The notes: generated from the sequence alone by a model not told the origin. DNA of 64,000 bases from Dehalococcoidia bacterium (GCA_030649945.1 JAUSFE010000040.1:26266-90265), one strand, 5' to 3'; counted from the stretch's first letter, positions 1 to 10,196 are shown. Program-made: numbers and translations.

Positions 1-1
1 C

Positions 2-223
2 CAAACACCCGCCCCTACAACCGGCACGACGACTGCCCGCGGTACCACCACCTCCAGCGGCCTTCCCGGTGGTGCGGACACCGGCATCGGGACCCTCTCA
101 CCGGTGGCTACCAACGTTCCTGCCTGGGCGGCGCTGGCCACAGCGGTGGGAGGCCTCGGCTTGCTGGGCGGTATCGTCACCATGGCTTCGCGCCGCGTGG
201 CGGCCCGCCGCAGGAGACAGTAG
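2..223 (+). CDS. 3' end of a surface/membrane-anchored protein (partial)
   Basis: Frame 2 reads ...TTSSGLPGGADTGIGTLSPVATNVPAWAALATAVGGLGLLGGIVTMASRRVAARRRRQ*: Thr/Pro linker, hydrophobic helix, basic tail, TAG at 221-223. Confidence 0.7.
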   Translation, partial: QTPAPTTGTTTARGTTTSSGLPGGADTGIGTLSPVATNVPAWAALATAVGGLGLLGGIVTMASRRVAARRRRQ

Positions 224-287
224 GAGCCACCTTGTCAGAGTGATCTGACACAGAGAAAAGGGGACTAATCTCCGGCCCCGCCCGCGA

Positions 288-1670
288 TCAGTGGGCGGGG
301 CCGGAGTCTAACGGCAGGTGCACTGTGAACGTGCTGCCCTTCCCCGCCTCGCTCTCCACCTCTATGCGGCCTCCGTGCGCGCGCGCCACCCACTCCGCAA
401 TCGCCAGACCAATCCCCGCGCCGCTGCCGCCGCGTCGTCCGCTGCCCTCGCCGCGGTAGTAGCGGTCGAAGATCTGCGGCAGATCTGCGGGGGGAATCCC
501 GGGGCCTGTATCCTTTACGACAATTCGCGCGGAGGAGTCGTCCGTGTAGAGAGATAGCGTTACATCTCCCCCGGGAGGGGTGTATTTGAGGCCGTTGTCC
601 ACGAGGTTCAGGATCATCTGCTTAAGCAGGTCCCGGTCGCCCATCACCGTTGCCTGGTCTTCTTCGCCCAGACGAAGCTTCACTTCCGGCCGCAGGTCCT
701 TCGCCTGGCGGTACACCTCCAGACACAGGTCATCCATGGCCACGGGCCGGCGGTCCAATCCACGGCCCGCGTCCACGTGCGCCAGGTACAAGAGGTTGGA
801 GGTGAGCCGGATCAGCCGCCCTACCTCAAGAGACATCCGCTGGAGCTGCTCCCGCGATTCCTCATCCAGGCCCTCCTGCATGAGCAGGACGTCCAGGTTA
901 CCACGCAGCGCCGTCAGCGGAGTCCGCAGCTCGTGCGAGACGTCCAGGACAAAGTTCCTCTGCTGCTGGAAGGCGGTATCCAGGCGCTGGAGCATACCGT
1001 CGAACGTATCGGCCAGACGCTGCACCTCCTCGGGCTTGCCACGGGATGCAATGCGGCGGCTAAGGTCTGAGGCCTCTATTTCCCGCGCCACTGCCGTTAC
1101 GTCGTCGATAGGCTTGAGCGCGCTACGGGCCAGCCAGTAGCCGACGGCCAGCGACAGCACCGCCGCCGCCGCCCCCGCCGCCAGAAACGCGATTGCCAGC
1201 GCATCGGTGACGCTGGACACGGCCGCGGAGCTCTCTCCCACCTGCACCACACCAATCACACGCCGGCCCGCCGTTAAGCGCGAGCTGCGGACGGTGAACG
1301 GCTCGCCGTCCACCTCAGTGCTCTGCTCGATGCTATCGCCGTTCAGGATGCGCGATATCTCGTCCTCGCTCAACGCCAGAGATGCGGCGTCCAAACGCCG
1401 GGTGGCAGCCAGGTCACGGCCGTCAAGGTCCCGCACGACGGCGATGAATGAGCTGTGCTCCACGATCCCAGACAGGTCCGCCGCCTCCAGCGATCCTGCG
1501 GCCGCCACCGGGGCGGACACCCGCTGCAGGTCAGCGGCAAGCTGGCTGTCGATATCCGAGTTAAGTATGCCGCGCAGGGTGAATCTGAGCGTGAAGAAGA
1601 GGGCGGTGAGCGTCAGGATGAGGGCGATGGCTATGGATACGGCCAACCTTCGCCGTATGCTCAGGGACAT
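288..1670 (-). CDS. HAMP-domain sensor histidine kinase
   Basis: Two TM segments, HAMP, H-box SHELRTPL, N-box NLVDNGLKY, G boxes DTGPGI and GAGIGL. Confidence 0.95.
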   Translation of the reverse strand: MSLSIRRRLAVSIAIALILTLTALFFTLRFTLRGILNSDIDSQLAADLQRVSAPVAAAGSLEAADLSGIVEHSSFIAVVRDLDGRDLAATRRLDAASLALSEDEISRILNGDSIEQSTEVDGEPFTVRSSRLTAGRRVIGVVQVGESSAAVSSVTDALAIAFLAAGAAAAVLSLAVGYWLARSALKPIDDVTAVAREIEASDLSRRIASRGKPEEVQRLADTFDGMLQRLDTAFQQQRNFVLDVSHELRTPLTALRGNLDVLLMQEGLDEESREQLQRMSLEVGRLIRLTSNLLYLAHVDAGRGLDRRPVAMDDLCLEVYRQAKDLRPEVKLRLGEEDQATVMGDRDLLKQMILNLVDNGLKYTPPGGDVTLSLYTDDSSARIVVKDTGPGIPPADLPQIFDRYYRGEGSGRRGGSGAGIGLAIAEWVARAHGGRIEVESEAGKGSTFTVHLPLDSGPAH

Positions 1671-1671
1671 T

Positions 1672-2334
1672 TCAAGCTTTCAGGACGTATCCCACGCCCC
1701 TTACGGCGTGAATCAGGTCTGGCTCCCCCAGGGCGTTGAGCTTACGGCGCAGATACCGCACGTACACCTTGATAACGTCCGACTCCATGTCGTCGTCGTA
1801 GCCCCATACCTTGGAGAAGATCGTCTGCTTGTCCATCACCCTGCCGGCGTTGCGGGCCAGGAACTCCAGCAGGTCGAACTCACGCGCCGTCAGCTCAATC
1901 TCCCGGCCGGCGCGCTGCACTTCGCGGCTGGGAGGGCGGATGGTCAGATCTCCCACAGCAATGGCCTCGCCGGCAGGTTCCCTGCGGCGCATGGCGGCGC
2001 GCACGCGCGCCAACAACTCGTCAAAGGCGAACGGCTTCGTCACGTAATCGTCCGCGCCGGCGTCCAGGCCTTCAATCTTGTCCGCCACAGAGTCGCGCGC
2101 GGTGAGCATGATGATGGGCACGCCACCGGCTGCGCGAAAACGCCGGCACACCTCTATGCCGTCGATGCCGGGGAGCATGAGGTCCAGGATCACCAGGTCC
2201 GGCGGTCGCTCGTGCGCCAGGCTGAGGCCCACCTCGCCGCTACGGGCTACGTCAACCTCATACCCCTTCAGGATCAGGCCGCGCCTGATGAAGTCCGCGA
2301 TGTCTCGTTCGTCCTCTATGACCAGGATGCGCAA
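1672..2334 (-). CDS. OmpR/PhoB-family response regulator
   Basis: Receiver (IEDE, LDLMLP, KPF) plus winged helix ending VRGVGY; directly upstream of the kinase. Confidence 0.95.
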   Translation of the reverse strand: MRILVIEDERDIADFIRRGLILKGYEVDVARSGEVGLSLAHERPPDLVILDLMLPGIDGIEVCRRFRAAGGVPIIMLTARDSVADKIEGLDAGADDYVTKPFAFDELLARVRAAMRRREPAGEAIAVGDLTIRPPSREVQRAGREIELTAREFDLLEFLARNAGRVMDKQTIFSKVWGYDDDMESDVIKVYVRYLRRKLNALGEPDLIHAVRGVGYVLKA

Positions 2335-2473
2335 ACGATCCCCTCTCCCTGGAAGCCCGTTGCCAGAATCAGGAGGTACTTCCCGCCAAAATTGTACGTC
2401 TCAGGGAGCCACGGGGTCTAGCGAGCCCATGGCTGCGCCGCAGGCCGCAGGAAACCGGTGTTACGTGCCGCGA

Positions 2474-3181
2474 TCAGGGGGCGGCACTGACGGCGGGAGT
2501 TCCGTGCTGCAGCCGGTCACGGATGCGGTTCGCCACCAGGGTCACCCAACCGGCCACCTCGTCGTGATAGCCGTTGCGGTCTGTGCTTGCAACGAAGGTG
2601 GTCAGAACCCGCAGGAACCCCCGGACGTTGTCCACGCGAAAAGCGACTTGATCATCAATGACCATGTTGCCTTTGCCGTCAGTGCCAGTGATGCGGAACC
2701 ACGTTCCTTCGTCGGCGCGGCTGGGCAGCGGCAACTCGGCCGCCTGGACGTCCGATTCGTCCGGGTTGACTGCTTTCCAATCTGTGTTCCGCGCTCCGGC
2801 TATTCCCTCCGCCAGGGCCTCGCCGGCGCCGGCGGCGGTCTTGTAAAGGCTGGCGGTGCTCTGCAGCCCCCTGACAACCAGGCTTGAGGGGGCGTCCGGC
2901 GCAGGCTCGAACTGCCAGTCGTATCCCAGCACCCGGCCGCGGGATTCCAGCTTAGCCAGCGTCCCTTCACTGTCCACAGACGCATCAGCCACATCCTGGT
3001 TTGTAGAAACTGAGACGGACGCCAACTGCAGGCCCGGCGGCAGGTCCGCAGTGGTCAGGGCCACAGCCTGCAGGAGGGCCCGCGTATCATCCGAGGGCGT
3101 GGCGTCGTCTCCGCCGCCGCAAGCCGCTGCAAGCAAGCACAGCAGCCCCCCACCCATGAGCGCAATCCAACCGAGTCTCAT
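2474..3181 (-). CDS. Putative lipoprotein
   Basis: ATG at 3181; MRLGWIALMGGGLLCLLAAACGGG lipobox-like signal. Confidence 0.7.
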   Translation of the reverse strand: MRLGWIALMGGGLLCLLAAACGGGDDATPSDDTRALLQAVALTTADLPPGLQLASVSVSTNQDVADASVDSEGTLAKLESRGRVLGYDWQFEPAPDAPSSLVVRGLQSTASLYKTAAGAGEALAEGIAGARNTDWKAVNPDESDVQAAELPLPSRADEGTWFRITGTDGKGNMVIDDQVAFRVDNVRGFLRVLTTFVASTDRNGYHDEVAGWVTLVANRIRDRLQHGTPAVSAAP

Positions 3182-3344
3182 ATACACCCTTTCACGGTAG
3201 GCAATCGTATCCGTATTGTACTGCGAGCCCGAACGAAGGCGCATCCACCGCCCGCCGAACGGCCCCAGAGCGCAACGGATTCGACACGGCAACGTTTATC
3301 AAGGCAAAATGTATCCAGACCCCCACTCTGTGAAAGAGAGACCG

Positions 3345-3992
3345 ATGCGGACAGGGACGAACCTTCGGAGACGATATGGCTCGCCGGCGAGAGCGCGGGC
3401 GGCGGGCCTGGCCATTATGCTGGCCGCGTGCTCGGCGCTGCTGCTGGCAGCCTGTGGAGGCGACGACAGCGCCAAGTCTTCGCCCACCGCCGCCAGCGGC
3501 GCGCCGGCAACGTCATCCGCAGCCGCGTCGGTCTCACCATCCACGCCGGGAGCCCCATCCCCGTCGGGCGGTCCGGCGACCACCGCTGCCGGGACGCCGA
3601 GCGGCGATATGACCTGCATACTGATCTCTAAGCAAGAGGCTGAGGCAGCGCTGGGCGAACCCCTGGGCAACGCTCAGACGGGGAGTTTCCAGGGGACCAT
3701 CTCCTGCGGCTACCAGCCATCGTCGGACCGCGGCGTCCTCATCTCCATTACTAGCGGCGTCGCCAAGGCAGACTTCGAGAGCCTCGTGAACCAGGCCGCG
3801 GCGTTGCTGCAGAGAACCCCGCAGGCCGTGCCCGGCGTCGGCGATGAGGCCTTCTGGCTGGAGCCCTACTTGAGCGTCCTCAAGAAAGACGTCTATTTCA
3901 GGCTCACGGTGTTCAGCCCCGATATCACCGGCCAAATCCAGCTTGAGAGAGAGTCTGATCTGGCCAGGAAGGCTGCGGCGCGCGTGCCCTGA
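3345..3992 (+). CDS. Putative lipoprotein (DUF3558-like)
   Basis: LLLAACGG lipobox, Ser/Pro/Ala linker, Cys pair and VPGVGDEAFW motif. Confidence 0.7.
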   Translation: MRTGTNLRRRYGSPARARAAGLAIMLAACSALLLAACGGDDSAKSSPTAASGAPATSSAAASVSPSTPGAPSPSGGPATTAAGTPSGDMTCILISKQEAEAALGEPLGNAQTGSFQGTISCGYQPSSDRGVLISITSGVAKADFESLVNQAAALLQRTPQAVPGVGDEAFWLEPYLSVLKKDVYFRLTVFSPDITGQIQLERESDLARKAAARVP

Positions 3993-4112
3993 GGCCTTGC
4001 CGGCGGGACGTCACGCCTGCCTTCAACGACAGCAGCCGCACGGCCGCGTTCGGTCGCCCGCCCCAATACGGACCTGGCTGTCACCGCCGAAGCTCTGAAA
4101 CGGCGCTGGGTG

Positions 4113-4142
4113 TTGACATTAACTCTGGCCAGAGTATATAAG
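4113..4142 (+). promoter_or_regulatory. Sigma70-type promoter with a 14-bp palindrome in the spacer
   Basis: TTGACA 4113-4118, TATATA/TATAAG 4135-4142, perfect palindrome ACTCTGGCCAGAGT 4122-4135. Confidence 0.6.
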
Positions 4143-4221
4143 AGGGGCCAGTCAGAGCATCCCCGCAGTGGCTCCACGTTGGGGTTCTTAGCATTGCCAA
4201 CAGCAAGAAAGTGAGGACGGG

Positions 4222-5574
4222 TTGAATCGCAGAAGGATGACGTTAGCGATATCGGCCGTAGCTGTCCTGGCCATAATCGCCCTGATAGGTTTCGCGGACA
4301 GCGCTTCCGCCGGAACCTTCACACCTACGCTCAAAGTCACCGTAGCCAAGACCACGCCTGACACCCCATCTGACTACGTCGTCGACTTCGGGATACCCAA
4401 GGGCGATGTGAACTTTGCCGGCGTTGTGTCATTCATCCCGAAGGACTGGGGCATCGTCCCGGGGGACGCATTCCCCATTGGAACGGGAGTTGGCGGCCTG
4501 GACGCGAAAGCCACTCTGGGCCTGATTAACGGCGCCTGCAACAGCGTGCTCCCGGTGCACTTCGACTTCAAGAACTCCAGCCTCGACACTTCGGACACCG
4601 TGGCCTACTATCCCGCCAATGACGACGACACCACGCCGGACTTCGCGGAGGACAAGGACAATAACGGCAACTTTGACGCCGTAGACAAGTATCCGGACTT
4701 CCTGGCCAGGGTGTTCAAGGAGATCAAGCCTATCCGGCGCTCTGCCGGTCTCACTCTCGTGGCCGGCCTTCCCATCATGCTCCAGTTCCTGATCTTCGCC
4801 CCGGGCACGGAAATCAATGAGAACATCCCGCACGATGAGAGCCTTGGTTTCCCAACGGTCACGGTGCTGACCAACGCCGGCGACACAGACGCCGCGCCGG
4901 CCCCTGGGGCCATCACAGACTTCTGCTCCGCCCTGACCTCCGTCAATACCTCGCTTGGGGCGGCGGAGGACGGCACGCAGTTGTTCGTCAACCCGCAGAA
5001 CGGCAAGTACGACTTCGTGACCGTGGGCGTGGGCCTGCGCGACACGGACGGCGACGGCTACGAGAACAACCTGGACACCTGCCAGCTCACCGCTAACGTG
5101 GGCAACCCGCGCGTCGCGGGCGACGGCGATAACGACTCCGACGGGTTGGATGCGGCCTGCGACCCCGACGACAACGACACCAACTCCGACGAGGACCTGG
5201 ACGGCTACCTGAACCGCCAGGACAACTGCACGCTGAAGGCCAACGGAGAGGACGCCGACAACCAGGCGGACAAGGACCTGGACCAGATAGGCGATGCCTG
5301 TGACAACGCGCCGGACAAGGCGGACGGCGAGCTGAGTGTGAAGGAACTGAAGGCCTCGGTGACCATCGGCGACGGCACGGGCCCGGGCGGCCCGCCCACG
5401 TCCTGCGACAAGTGCTACAAGTCCGGCCAGGCGAACGGCGGCGGCGGTACCACGACCGGCGGTGGCTCTGACACCGGCCTGATCGTCGGAATTATCGTCG
5501 GCGTCATCGCAGCCATCGTGGTGCTCGGCGGCGGCGCGTACTTCCTGATGCAGCGCGGCCGGCGCGGCGCCTAG
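4222..5574 (+). CDS. Secreted, C-terminally anchored protein with thrombospondin type-3-like Ca-binding repeats
   Basis: Signal peptide; DTDGDG..DTC, DSDGLDAACD, DLDGYLNRQDNC, DLDQIGDACD repeats; C-terminal TM plus RGRR. Confidence 0.8.
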   Translation: MNRRRMTLAISAVAVLAIIALIGFADSASAGTFTPTLKVTVAKTTPDTPSDYVVDFGIPKGDVNFAGVVSFIPKDWGIVPGDAFPIGTGVGGLDAKATLGLINGACNSVLPVHFDFKNSSLDTSDTVAYYPANDDDTTPDFAEDKDNNGNFDAVDKYPDFLARVFKEIKPIRRSAGLTLVAGLPIMLQFLIFAPGTEINENIPHDESLGFPTVTVLTNAGDTDAAPAPGAITDFCSALTSVNTSLGAAEDGTQLFVNPQNGKYDFVTVGVGLRDTDGDGYENNLDTCQLTANVGNPRVAGDGDNDSDGLDAACDPDDNDTNSDEDLDGYLNRQDNCTLKANGEDADNQADKDLDQIGDACDNAPDKADGELSVKELKASVTIGDGTGPGGPPTSCDKCYKSGQANGGGGTTTGGGSDTGLIVGIIVGVIAAIVVLGGGAYFLMQRGRRGA

Positions 5575-5593
5575 CCAAACCTCTAGCATAATC

Positions 5594-5633
5594 CAGAAAA
5601 GAGGGGCCGGAGATTCCGGCCCCTTTTCTGTTT
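5594..5633. terminator. Bidirectional intrinsic terminator
   Basis: CAGAAAAGAGGGGCCGGA-GAT-TCCGGCCCCTTTTCTG hairpin between convergent genes. Confidence 0.85.
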
Positions 5634-5663
5634 GCGGGCAGGAAAGCAGAGGGTGGAAGACCC

Positions 5664-7409
5664 TCAGCTACGGCCGCTCGGGTCGCCCGCCGGCTCGTGC
5701 CGCGCCGGCGTCGGGACCGCGGCCAGGGCGAACGGCGCCGGCAGCAGCAGCTCGGCGTTGCGGTCGCTGGCGGACAGCCCGGTGGCCTGACGGTTCAACT
5801 GCGGGTCGCCCATCCCCACGCGGCGGGCCGTGGAGGCCAGCAGCCGCTGGTTGACGCCGTCCTCGTCCGGCGTGGGGTCTTTCGCCGCGCCGGGCGCAAG
5901 AGGAGCGGCCGTGTCGTACGTCGTGCTGAAGATGGAGAGCGTGCCGTCGCCGTTGTCCGCGATCTCCAGCAGGCGGGACTGCATTGGGTAATCCAGCGGT
6001 GAGGCGGTGGTGATCTGCCAGTAGCCCTTGGTGGCGCCGGAAGCGTCGGGCCTGGCGGTGATGCGGTGCTCCAGGCTGTGCCCGGCGACGTGCAGCATAA
6101 CGTTGGGGAAGCGGTGCAGCAGCGCCTCCAGGTCCGTTCCCCGCAAGCGCTGTTCGCCCGCGGGGCCCGGGAACGGGTTAGTCATGGCATCGGCGCCGTG
6201 GTGACTGACGATGACGATAAGCCGGTCCTGGTTGCCGGTGCTCACCCTGCCCGCTCCCTTTCCGAAGTAGCTGCTGCTGGCGGCCTTCAGTTGCTCCTCC
6301 AGCCAGGCGAACTGGGCCGCATCCATGCTCCCGGCCGCAAAGCCACCGTAATTCACGGTGTCCAGGACGATGAACCTGATTGGCCCGTGGTCCAGGACGT
6401 AGTAGGCTGACCCCGCAGCCACGTTCCCGGCACTGAAGCCGTGTCCCGCCGGTCCCGGCCGCGCCTGGGTGTTGAAGTGCTCCTCCAGCCACTCCACCTT
6501 GCTGAGCGGCCGCCTTTCGGGATCCGGGCTGACGTTCTGGACGACGCTGTCGGGGTCGTTCACCACGCGGCCAGAGGCGTCCGGTTCCAGCAGCGACTGC
6601 GAGCTCTCGCACACCTCCGCCCTGGCCTGCGGCCCCAGCGAGATAATCTTCTCGCTCCCCACGGCGATGGTCGTAGCGGCGGCCGTCACCGGGAAGTTCG
6701 CCTGTATGAGGACGTCCCTGTTGCCCACAGCCGCGTACCACGGGTAGGCCAGACCCGCCGATACGAACTCCTTCTGAGCCGCAACCAGCAGGTCCGGGTA
6801 CGCCGCCTCCGGCGATTCCTTCTGCGCGCCGCTGTACCCCGGGGAGCCGCTGTCCGGGTGCACGGTCTTCCCATCCAGCAGGTCCAGGAAGGCGCGCAGC
6901 TCGTTGTACTGGGCGTTATCGGCGGCGTTGCCCGTATGGAAGGCGAAGTCCACGCGCCGTCCCGTCACCTGGCTCCGGTCAATGCGGTTCGCGCGGGCGA
7001 TCATGGCGTCCGCCGCCTGCAGGCTGAGCGACTCCTGGGGACGGAAGGCGCTGGTGGAGAGCGGCCTGGGGCAGGACTCCAGCCACTCGCTCCGCAGCGG
7101 GGACTCCTCGTCCACGATCCGGAAGTCCGTCAGGTGATGGAAGACCGCCAGGGAGCGTCGCCGCCGGGCGCGGTCCGCCTGCGCCTGTGCCAGCTCTGTG
7201 CGCACCGTATGAGGCTCGCCGGGGCCCAACACCAGTGACCCGTCCGCGGCCTGCGCTATCGTGCCGTCCGTCGTTGTGAGCGGGCCTTCCTCAGAGCCCC
7301 GGCAGGCCACCGCCGCGGTGAGTCCGCCGCCCATGAGCGCGGCCAGCCGCAGGAAAGCCCGCCGGCCCATGCGGCCATGCGGCCGCCGCCCCCGTTGCCG
7401 ATTCGCCAT
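5664..7409 (-). CDS. Tat-exported metallophosphoesterase (TIGR03767-like)
   Basis: GRRAFL twin-Arg signal; TDFRIVDEESPLR, HTGNAADNAQYNE, GNRD, SHH, AGH calcineurin-like motifs. Confidence 0.8.
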   Translation of the reverse strand: MANRQRGRRPHGRMGRRAFLRLAALMGGGLTAAVACRGSEEGPLTTTDGTIAQAADGSLVLGPGEPHTVRTELAQAQADRARRRRSLAVFHHLTDFRIVDEESPLRSEWLESCPRPLSTSAFRPQESLSLQAADAMIARANRIDRSQVTGRRVDFAFHTGNAADNAQYNELRAFLDLLDGKTVHPDSGSPGYSGAQKESPEAAYPDLLVAAQKEFVSAGLAYPWYAAVGNRDVLIQANFPVTAAATTIAVGSEKIISLGPQARAEVCESSQSLLEPDASGRVVNDPDSVVQNVSPDPERRPLSKVEWLEEHFNTQARPGPAGHGFSAGNVAAGSAYYVLDHGPIRFIVLDTVNYGGFAAGSMDAAQFAWLEEQLKAASSSYFGKGAGRVSTGNQDRLIVIVSHHGADAMTNPFPGPAGEQRLRGTDLEALLHRFPNVMLHVAGHSLEHRITARPDASGATKGYWQITTASPLDYPMQSRLLEIADNGDGTLSIFSTTYDTAAPLAPGAAKDPTPDEDGVNQRLLASTARRVGMGDPQLNRQATGLSASDRNAELLLPAPFALAAVPTPARHEPAGDPSGRS

Positions 7410-7436
7410 GCACCCTCCCGTTTCGTGCGGTCCAGC

Positions 7437-7484
7437 GTCCACTGTCCCCTATTCACTTTCCACTGTCCACTGTCCACTATCCCA
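7437..7484 (+). repeat. Degenerate heptamer tandem repeat (TCCACTG/TCCACTA)
   Basis: About six imperfect units between divergent genes. Confidence 0.6.
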
Positions 7485-7557
7485 CGGCGGGCCCGCGCTC
7501 CTTGACACCCCCCTCAGGCTCCCCATACAGTTACCCCGCAACAGAAAGGGGAGCCCC

Positions 7558-8079
7558 ATGTCCACAGTAGATTTCATCCGTGGCAGCATGCGGCAGCTGC
7601 ACAACACCTACGACGAGGTCATCGCTGACCTGAGCCCGGACCAGCTCCACTGGCGGGCCAATGAGACGGGCCTGCCCATCTCCTTCATCCTCTGGCACTA
7701 CGTGCGGACGGAGGACAACATCATCCAGTTCGTCTTGCAGCACAAGCCTACCGTCTGGCTGGAGGGCGGCTGGAACGAGAAGCTGGGCCTGGACCGCATC
7801 TCGCAGGGGACGGGAATGAGCCTGCAGGACGCCCAGAGCCTGCGCATCAACTCCAAGGAGACGTGGTTGGGCTACCAGAGCGCGGTCTGGCGGGCCACAG
7901 ACGAGTTCCTGGGCGCGGCCGACGACGCATTCCTGCTGGAGAAGACGATCGTGAAGCCCCTGGGGGAGATGCCCATCCAGAACGCCATCGGCAACATGTG
8001 CCTGACCCACGGCTTTACCCACCTGGGCGAGATCGCGCACGTGCGCGGCCTCCTGGGCCTGCGCGGCATGGCGGTGTGA
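7558..8079 (+). CDS. DinB-family protein
   Basis: ATG at 7558; ILWHYVRTED and HGFTHLGEI His motifs. Confidence 0.85.
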   Translation: MSTVDFIRGSMRQLHNTYDEVIADLSPDQLHWRANETGLPISFILWHYVRTEDNIIQFVLQHKPTVWLEGGWNEKLGLDRISQGTGMSLQDAQSLRINSKETWLGYQSAVWRATDEFLGAADDAFLLEKTIVKPLGEMPIQNAIGNMCLTHGFTHLGEIAHVRGLLGLRGMAV

Positions 8080-8083
8080 AGCA

Positions 8084-8201
8084 GCGGTCAGTGGTCAGCG
8101 GTCAGCCAGCAGCGGCGGGGGCGACAGCGCCGCGGATGACCAATGGGAGTTCGAAGCTGACCGCTGAACGCCGGCGGCTGACCGCTAAAGGCTGATCGCT
8201 G
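8084..8201. repeat. Heptamer repeat cluster in inverted arrangement (GCGGTCA / GCTGACC)
   Basis: GCGGTCA-GTGGTCA-GCGGTCA, then GCTGACC-GCTGAAC..GCTGACC..GCTGATC; a similar run at ~12687-12710. Confidence 0.55.
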
Positions 8202-8205
8202 GTCG

Positions 8206-8556
8206 CTACTCCGCCAGCCCGGCCTGCATGAAGATGCCGTTGTGGATGAAGAAGCTGCGCACCGTGTTGCCGGCGCGGCCCTGCGCACGCGCGTCGCCCG
8301 GTAGCGCGGCCTGGAACTCCGCGATCTTCTCGGTGTAGTGACGCCTCATCTTGATGCGGATGCGCTTGCCGCCCTCCACCTCCCGGCAGCTCTCGGCGAT
8401 GACCGCATCCGGGTCCCGTTCAACGAACTCGCAAAATCGGCGCAGGACGGCAAGGCGGACGTCCAGATCGGACGGCTCCTCGCCCCACTGCTCGCGCAGG
8501 CCGCTGACCCAGGTCTGCACGGCGGCGTAGTCCAGGATCTGGTTCGCCAACGCCAA
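8206..8556 (-). CDS. Hypothetical protein, possibly a recombinase core-binding-like domain
   Basis: 116 aa ORF 7 nt downstream of the nitroreductase; LRRFCEFVERDPD and VRSFFIHNG motifs. Confidence 0.7.
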   Translation of the reverse strand: MALANQILDYAAVQTWVSGLREQWGEEPSDLDVRLAVLRRFCEFVERDPDAVIAESCREVEGGKRIRIKMRRHYTEKIAEFQAALPGDARAQGRAGNTVRSFFIHNGIFMQAGLAE

Positions 8557-8563
8557 GACGGGC

Positions 8564-9349
8564 CTACTCCGGCAGGCCCAGGCGTTCCGCCAGACCGCGG
8601 ATCTCCTCGCGGCGCCCGGGCAGCGGCGCCGGCGCCTGGATCATCTTCGCCGCCTTCAGCTTCTCCACAACCGCCGCATCGCGCCGGAAGGGCGTGCCGT
8701 ACTCACCCTCGAAATACAGCTCCTCGAAAGGCGGGCGCGGCCGCTGGCCCCCCGCCTCCCAGGACTCAGCGGGGTACCCGACGAGCATCACCCAGAGGGA
8801 TATCCAGTCCTCGGGCACGCCGAAGACCTGGCGCGTCAGCATGGGGTTCGGCGTGTTGAGACAGGCGCCCAGGCCTTCGTCAAAGGCGGCGAGCAGGGCG
8901 TTGTGCACGGCGCCGCCGGCGTCTGCGCAGGCGGCCGCCAGATAGCCTTCCCGATTGCGGGTCATGGGCTCCAGTATCTGGGGGTAGACGAAGTCGTCCA
9001 CGAACTTGTGGCTCCAGCCGTGGGTGGGGGCGAGCGCCCCCGCGTCCACCAGCTCCTTCAACCGCGAGCCCTTGATCCGGTTCACGACCCCGAGGTCTAC
9101 GAAGAAGTAGATGTGAACGGGGGCCAGGTCCAGCGTGAGCGCCGCCACGGGCGTCTTAAGCTGGCTCAGCTTTTCCGGGGGCAGCTTGTCGCGCTCCACC
9201 ACTATGGCCCGCAGCCACTGCGCGTTGACGGCGCAGGAGGCCAGGCGGGCGGTCTCCAGAATGATCTGTATCTTCTCGCGTTCCACAGGCTTATCGGGTT
9301 CGAAAAAGCGGATGGAGCGGCGGCGGCCGACGACCTCTTTGAACTCCAA
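8564..9349 (-). CDS. Nitroreductase-family protein
   Basis: TTG start; RRRSIRFF, ARLASCAVNAQ, LAAFDEGLGAC, VGYPAE. Confidence 0.88.
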   Translation of the reverse strand: MEFKEVVGRRRSIRFFEPDKPVEREKIQIILETARLASCAVNAQWLRAIVVERDKLPPEKLSQLKTPVAALTLDLAPVHIYFFVDLGVVNRIKGSRLKELVDAGALAPTHGWSHKFVDDFVYPQILEPMTRNREGYLAAACADAGGAVHNALLAAFDEGLGACLNTPNPMLTRQVFGVPEDWISLWVMLVGYPAESWEAGGQRPRPPFEELYFEGEYGTPFRRDAAVVEKLKAAKMIQAPAPLPGRREEIRGLAERLGLPE

Positions 9350-9472
9350 GTTGGAGCCCCCCTTTCCCCGCCTCAGGCGGGCCAAAATCAGCCCATTATT
9401 AGAGTAGCTAAGGCGGGAATGTCAAACATCAATAGTAGAACGACAATTCCTCATTATTTGTTGTAGAAAGAC

Positions 9473-9502
9473 TTGACGCCACTCCCAATTCCCGTTTACA
9501 AT
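9473..9502 (+). promoter_or_regulatory. Sigma70-type promoter of the ECF sigma gene
   Basis: TTGACG-18 bp-TACAAT in an AT-rich intergenic region. Confidence 0.55.
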
Positions 9503-9608
9503 GTGCGCGACTGGAACTTCGCATCCCGCGGTTTCCCTGCCGGCGAAGGCCCGAGGGACGGTTTCAGCCGAAAAGCCGTCGTGCTATAGGAGCCCAGGGG
9601 AGGGAACA

Positions 9609-10196
9609 ATGCGTCGGTCGGTACCCGCGCAGACCGATGATGAGGCGCTCATCGGCCTTGCGGCTTCAGGCGATCGCGAAGCGTTTGGGGATCTCTACGA
9701 GCGCTACGCAGTCAAGGTTTTTCGTCACGCCTACTTCCTCACAGGCGAGGTGGCTCTTGCCGAGGACCTCACAGCGCAGACCTTTCTCAACGCCATGCAG
9801 GCGATCTGCCGTTACGAGTCCCGCGGCGTGCCCTTCGTCGCCTGGCTGCTGCGGATAGCGGGCAACCTCGTCATCAACTATCGCAAATCGCACAAGAACA
9901 ACGGCCACGCACCCCTGCCGGACACGCTGGAGGCCACCGGCAGCTTCTACTCCCCGGAGGCGTCCTGCGAGGTGGCGGTGGACGGCGAGCGCGTGTGGCA
10001 GGAGGTGCGCAAGCTCAGCCAGGAGCAGCGCCGCGTCATTGTCATGCGCTTTGTGGACGACCTGAGCTACCCGGACATCGCGCAAGTGCTGGGCAAGAGC
10101 GTGGGCGCGGTGCGCGTCATCCAGTTCCGGGCGCTCTCCAACCTGCGCCACCTGCTGGACGGCGAGCTGAACTACGCCTTCCGCCGCGCCAGCTAG
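9609..10196 (+). CDS. ECF RNA polymerase sigma factor
   Basis: GDREAFGDLYERY, AEDLTAQTF, AWLLRIAGN, LSYPDIAQVLGKSVGAV. Confidence 0.93.
   Translation: MRRSVPAQTDDEALIGLAASGDREAFGDLYERYAVKVFRHAYFLTGEVALAEDLTAQTFLNAMQAICRYESRGVPFVAWLLRIAGNLVINYRKSHKNNGHAPLPDTLEATGSFYSPEASCEVAVDGERVWQEVRKLSQEQRRVIVMRFVDDLSYPDIAQVLGKSVGAVRVIQFRALSNLRHLLDGELNYAFRRAS

Noticed and set aside
61..90. Canonical LPxTG sortase signal
   Set aside because: Reads LPGGADTG, not LPxTG, and no sortase is in the window; kept only as a membrane-anchored C-terminus.
9503..9608. Known riboswitch in the ECF sigma leader
   Set aside because: Some hairpin potential, but no match to riboswitch consensus sequences I can recognise.
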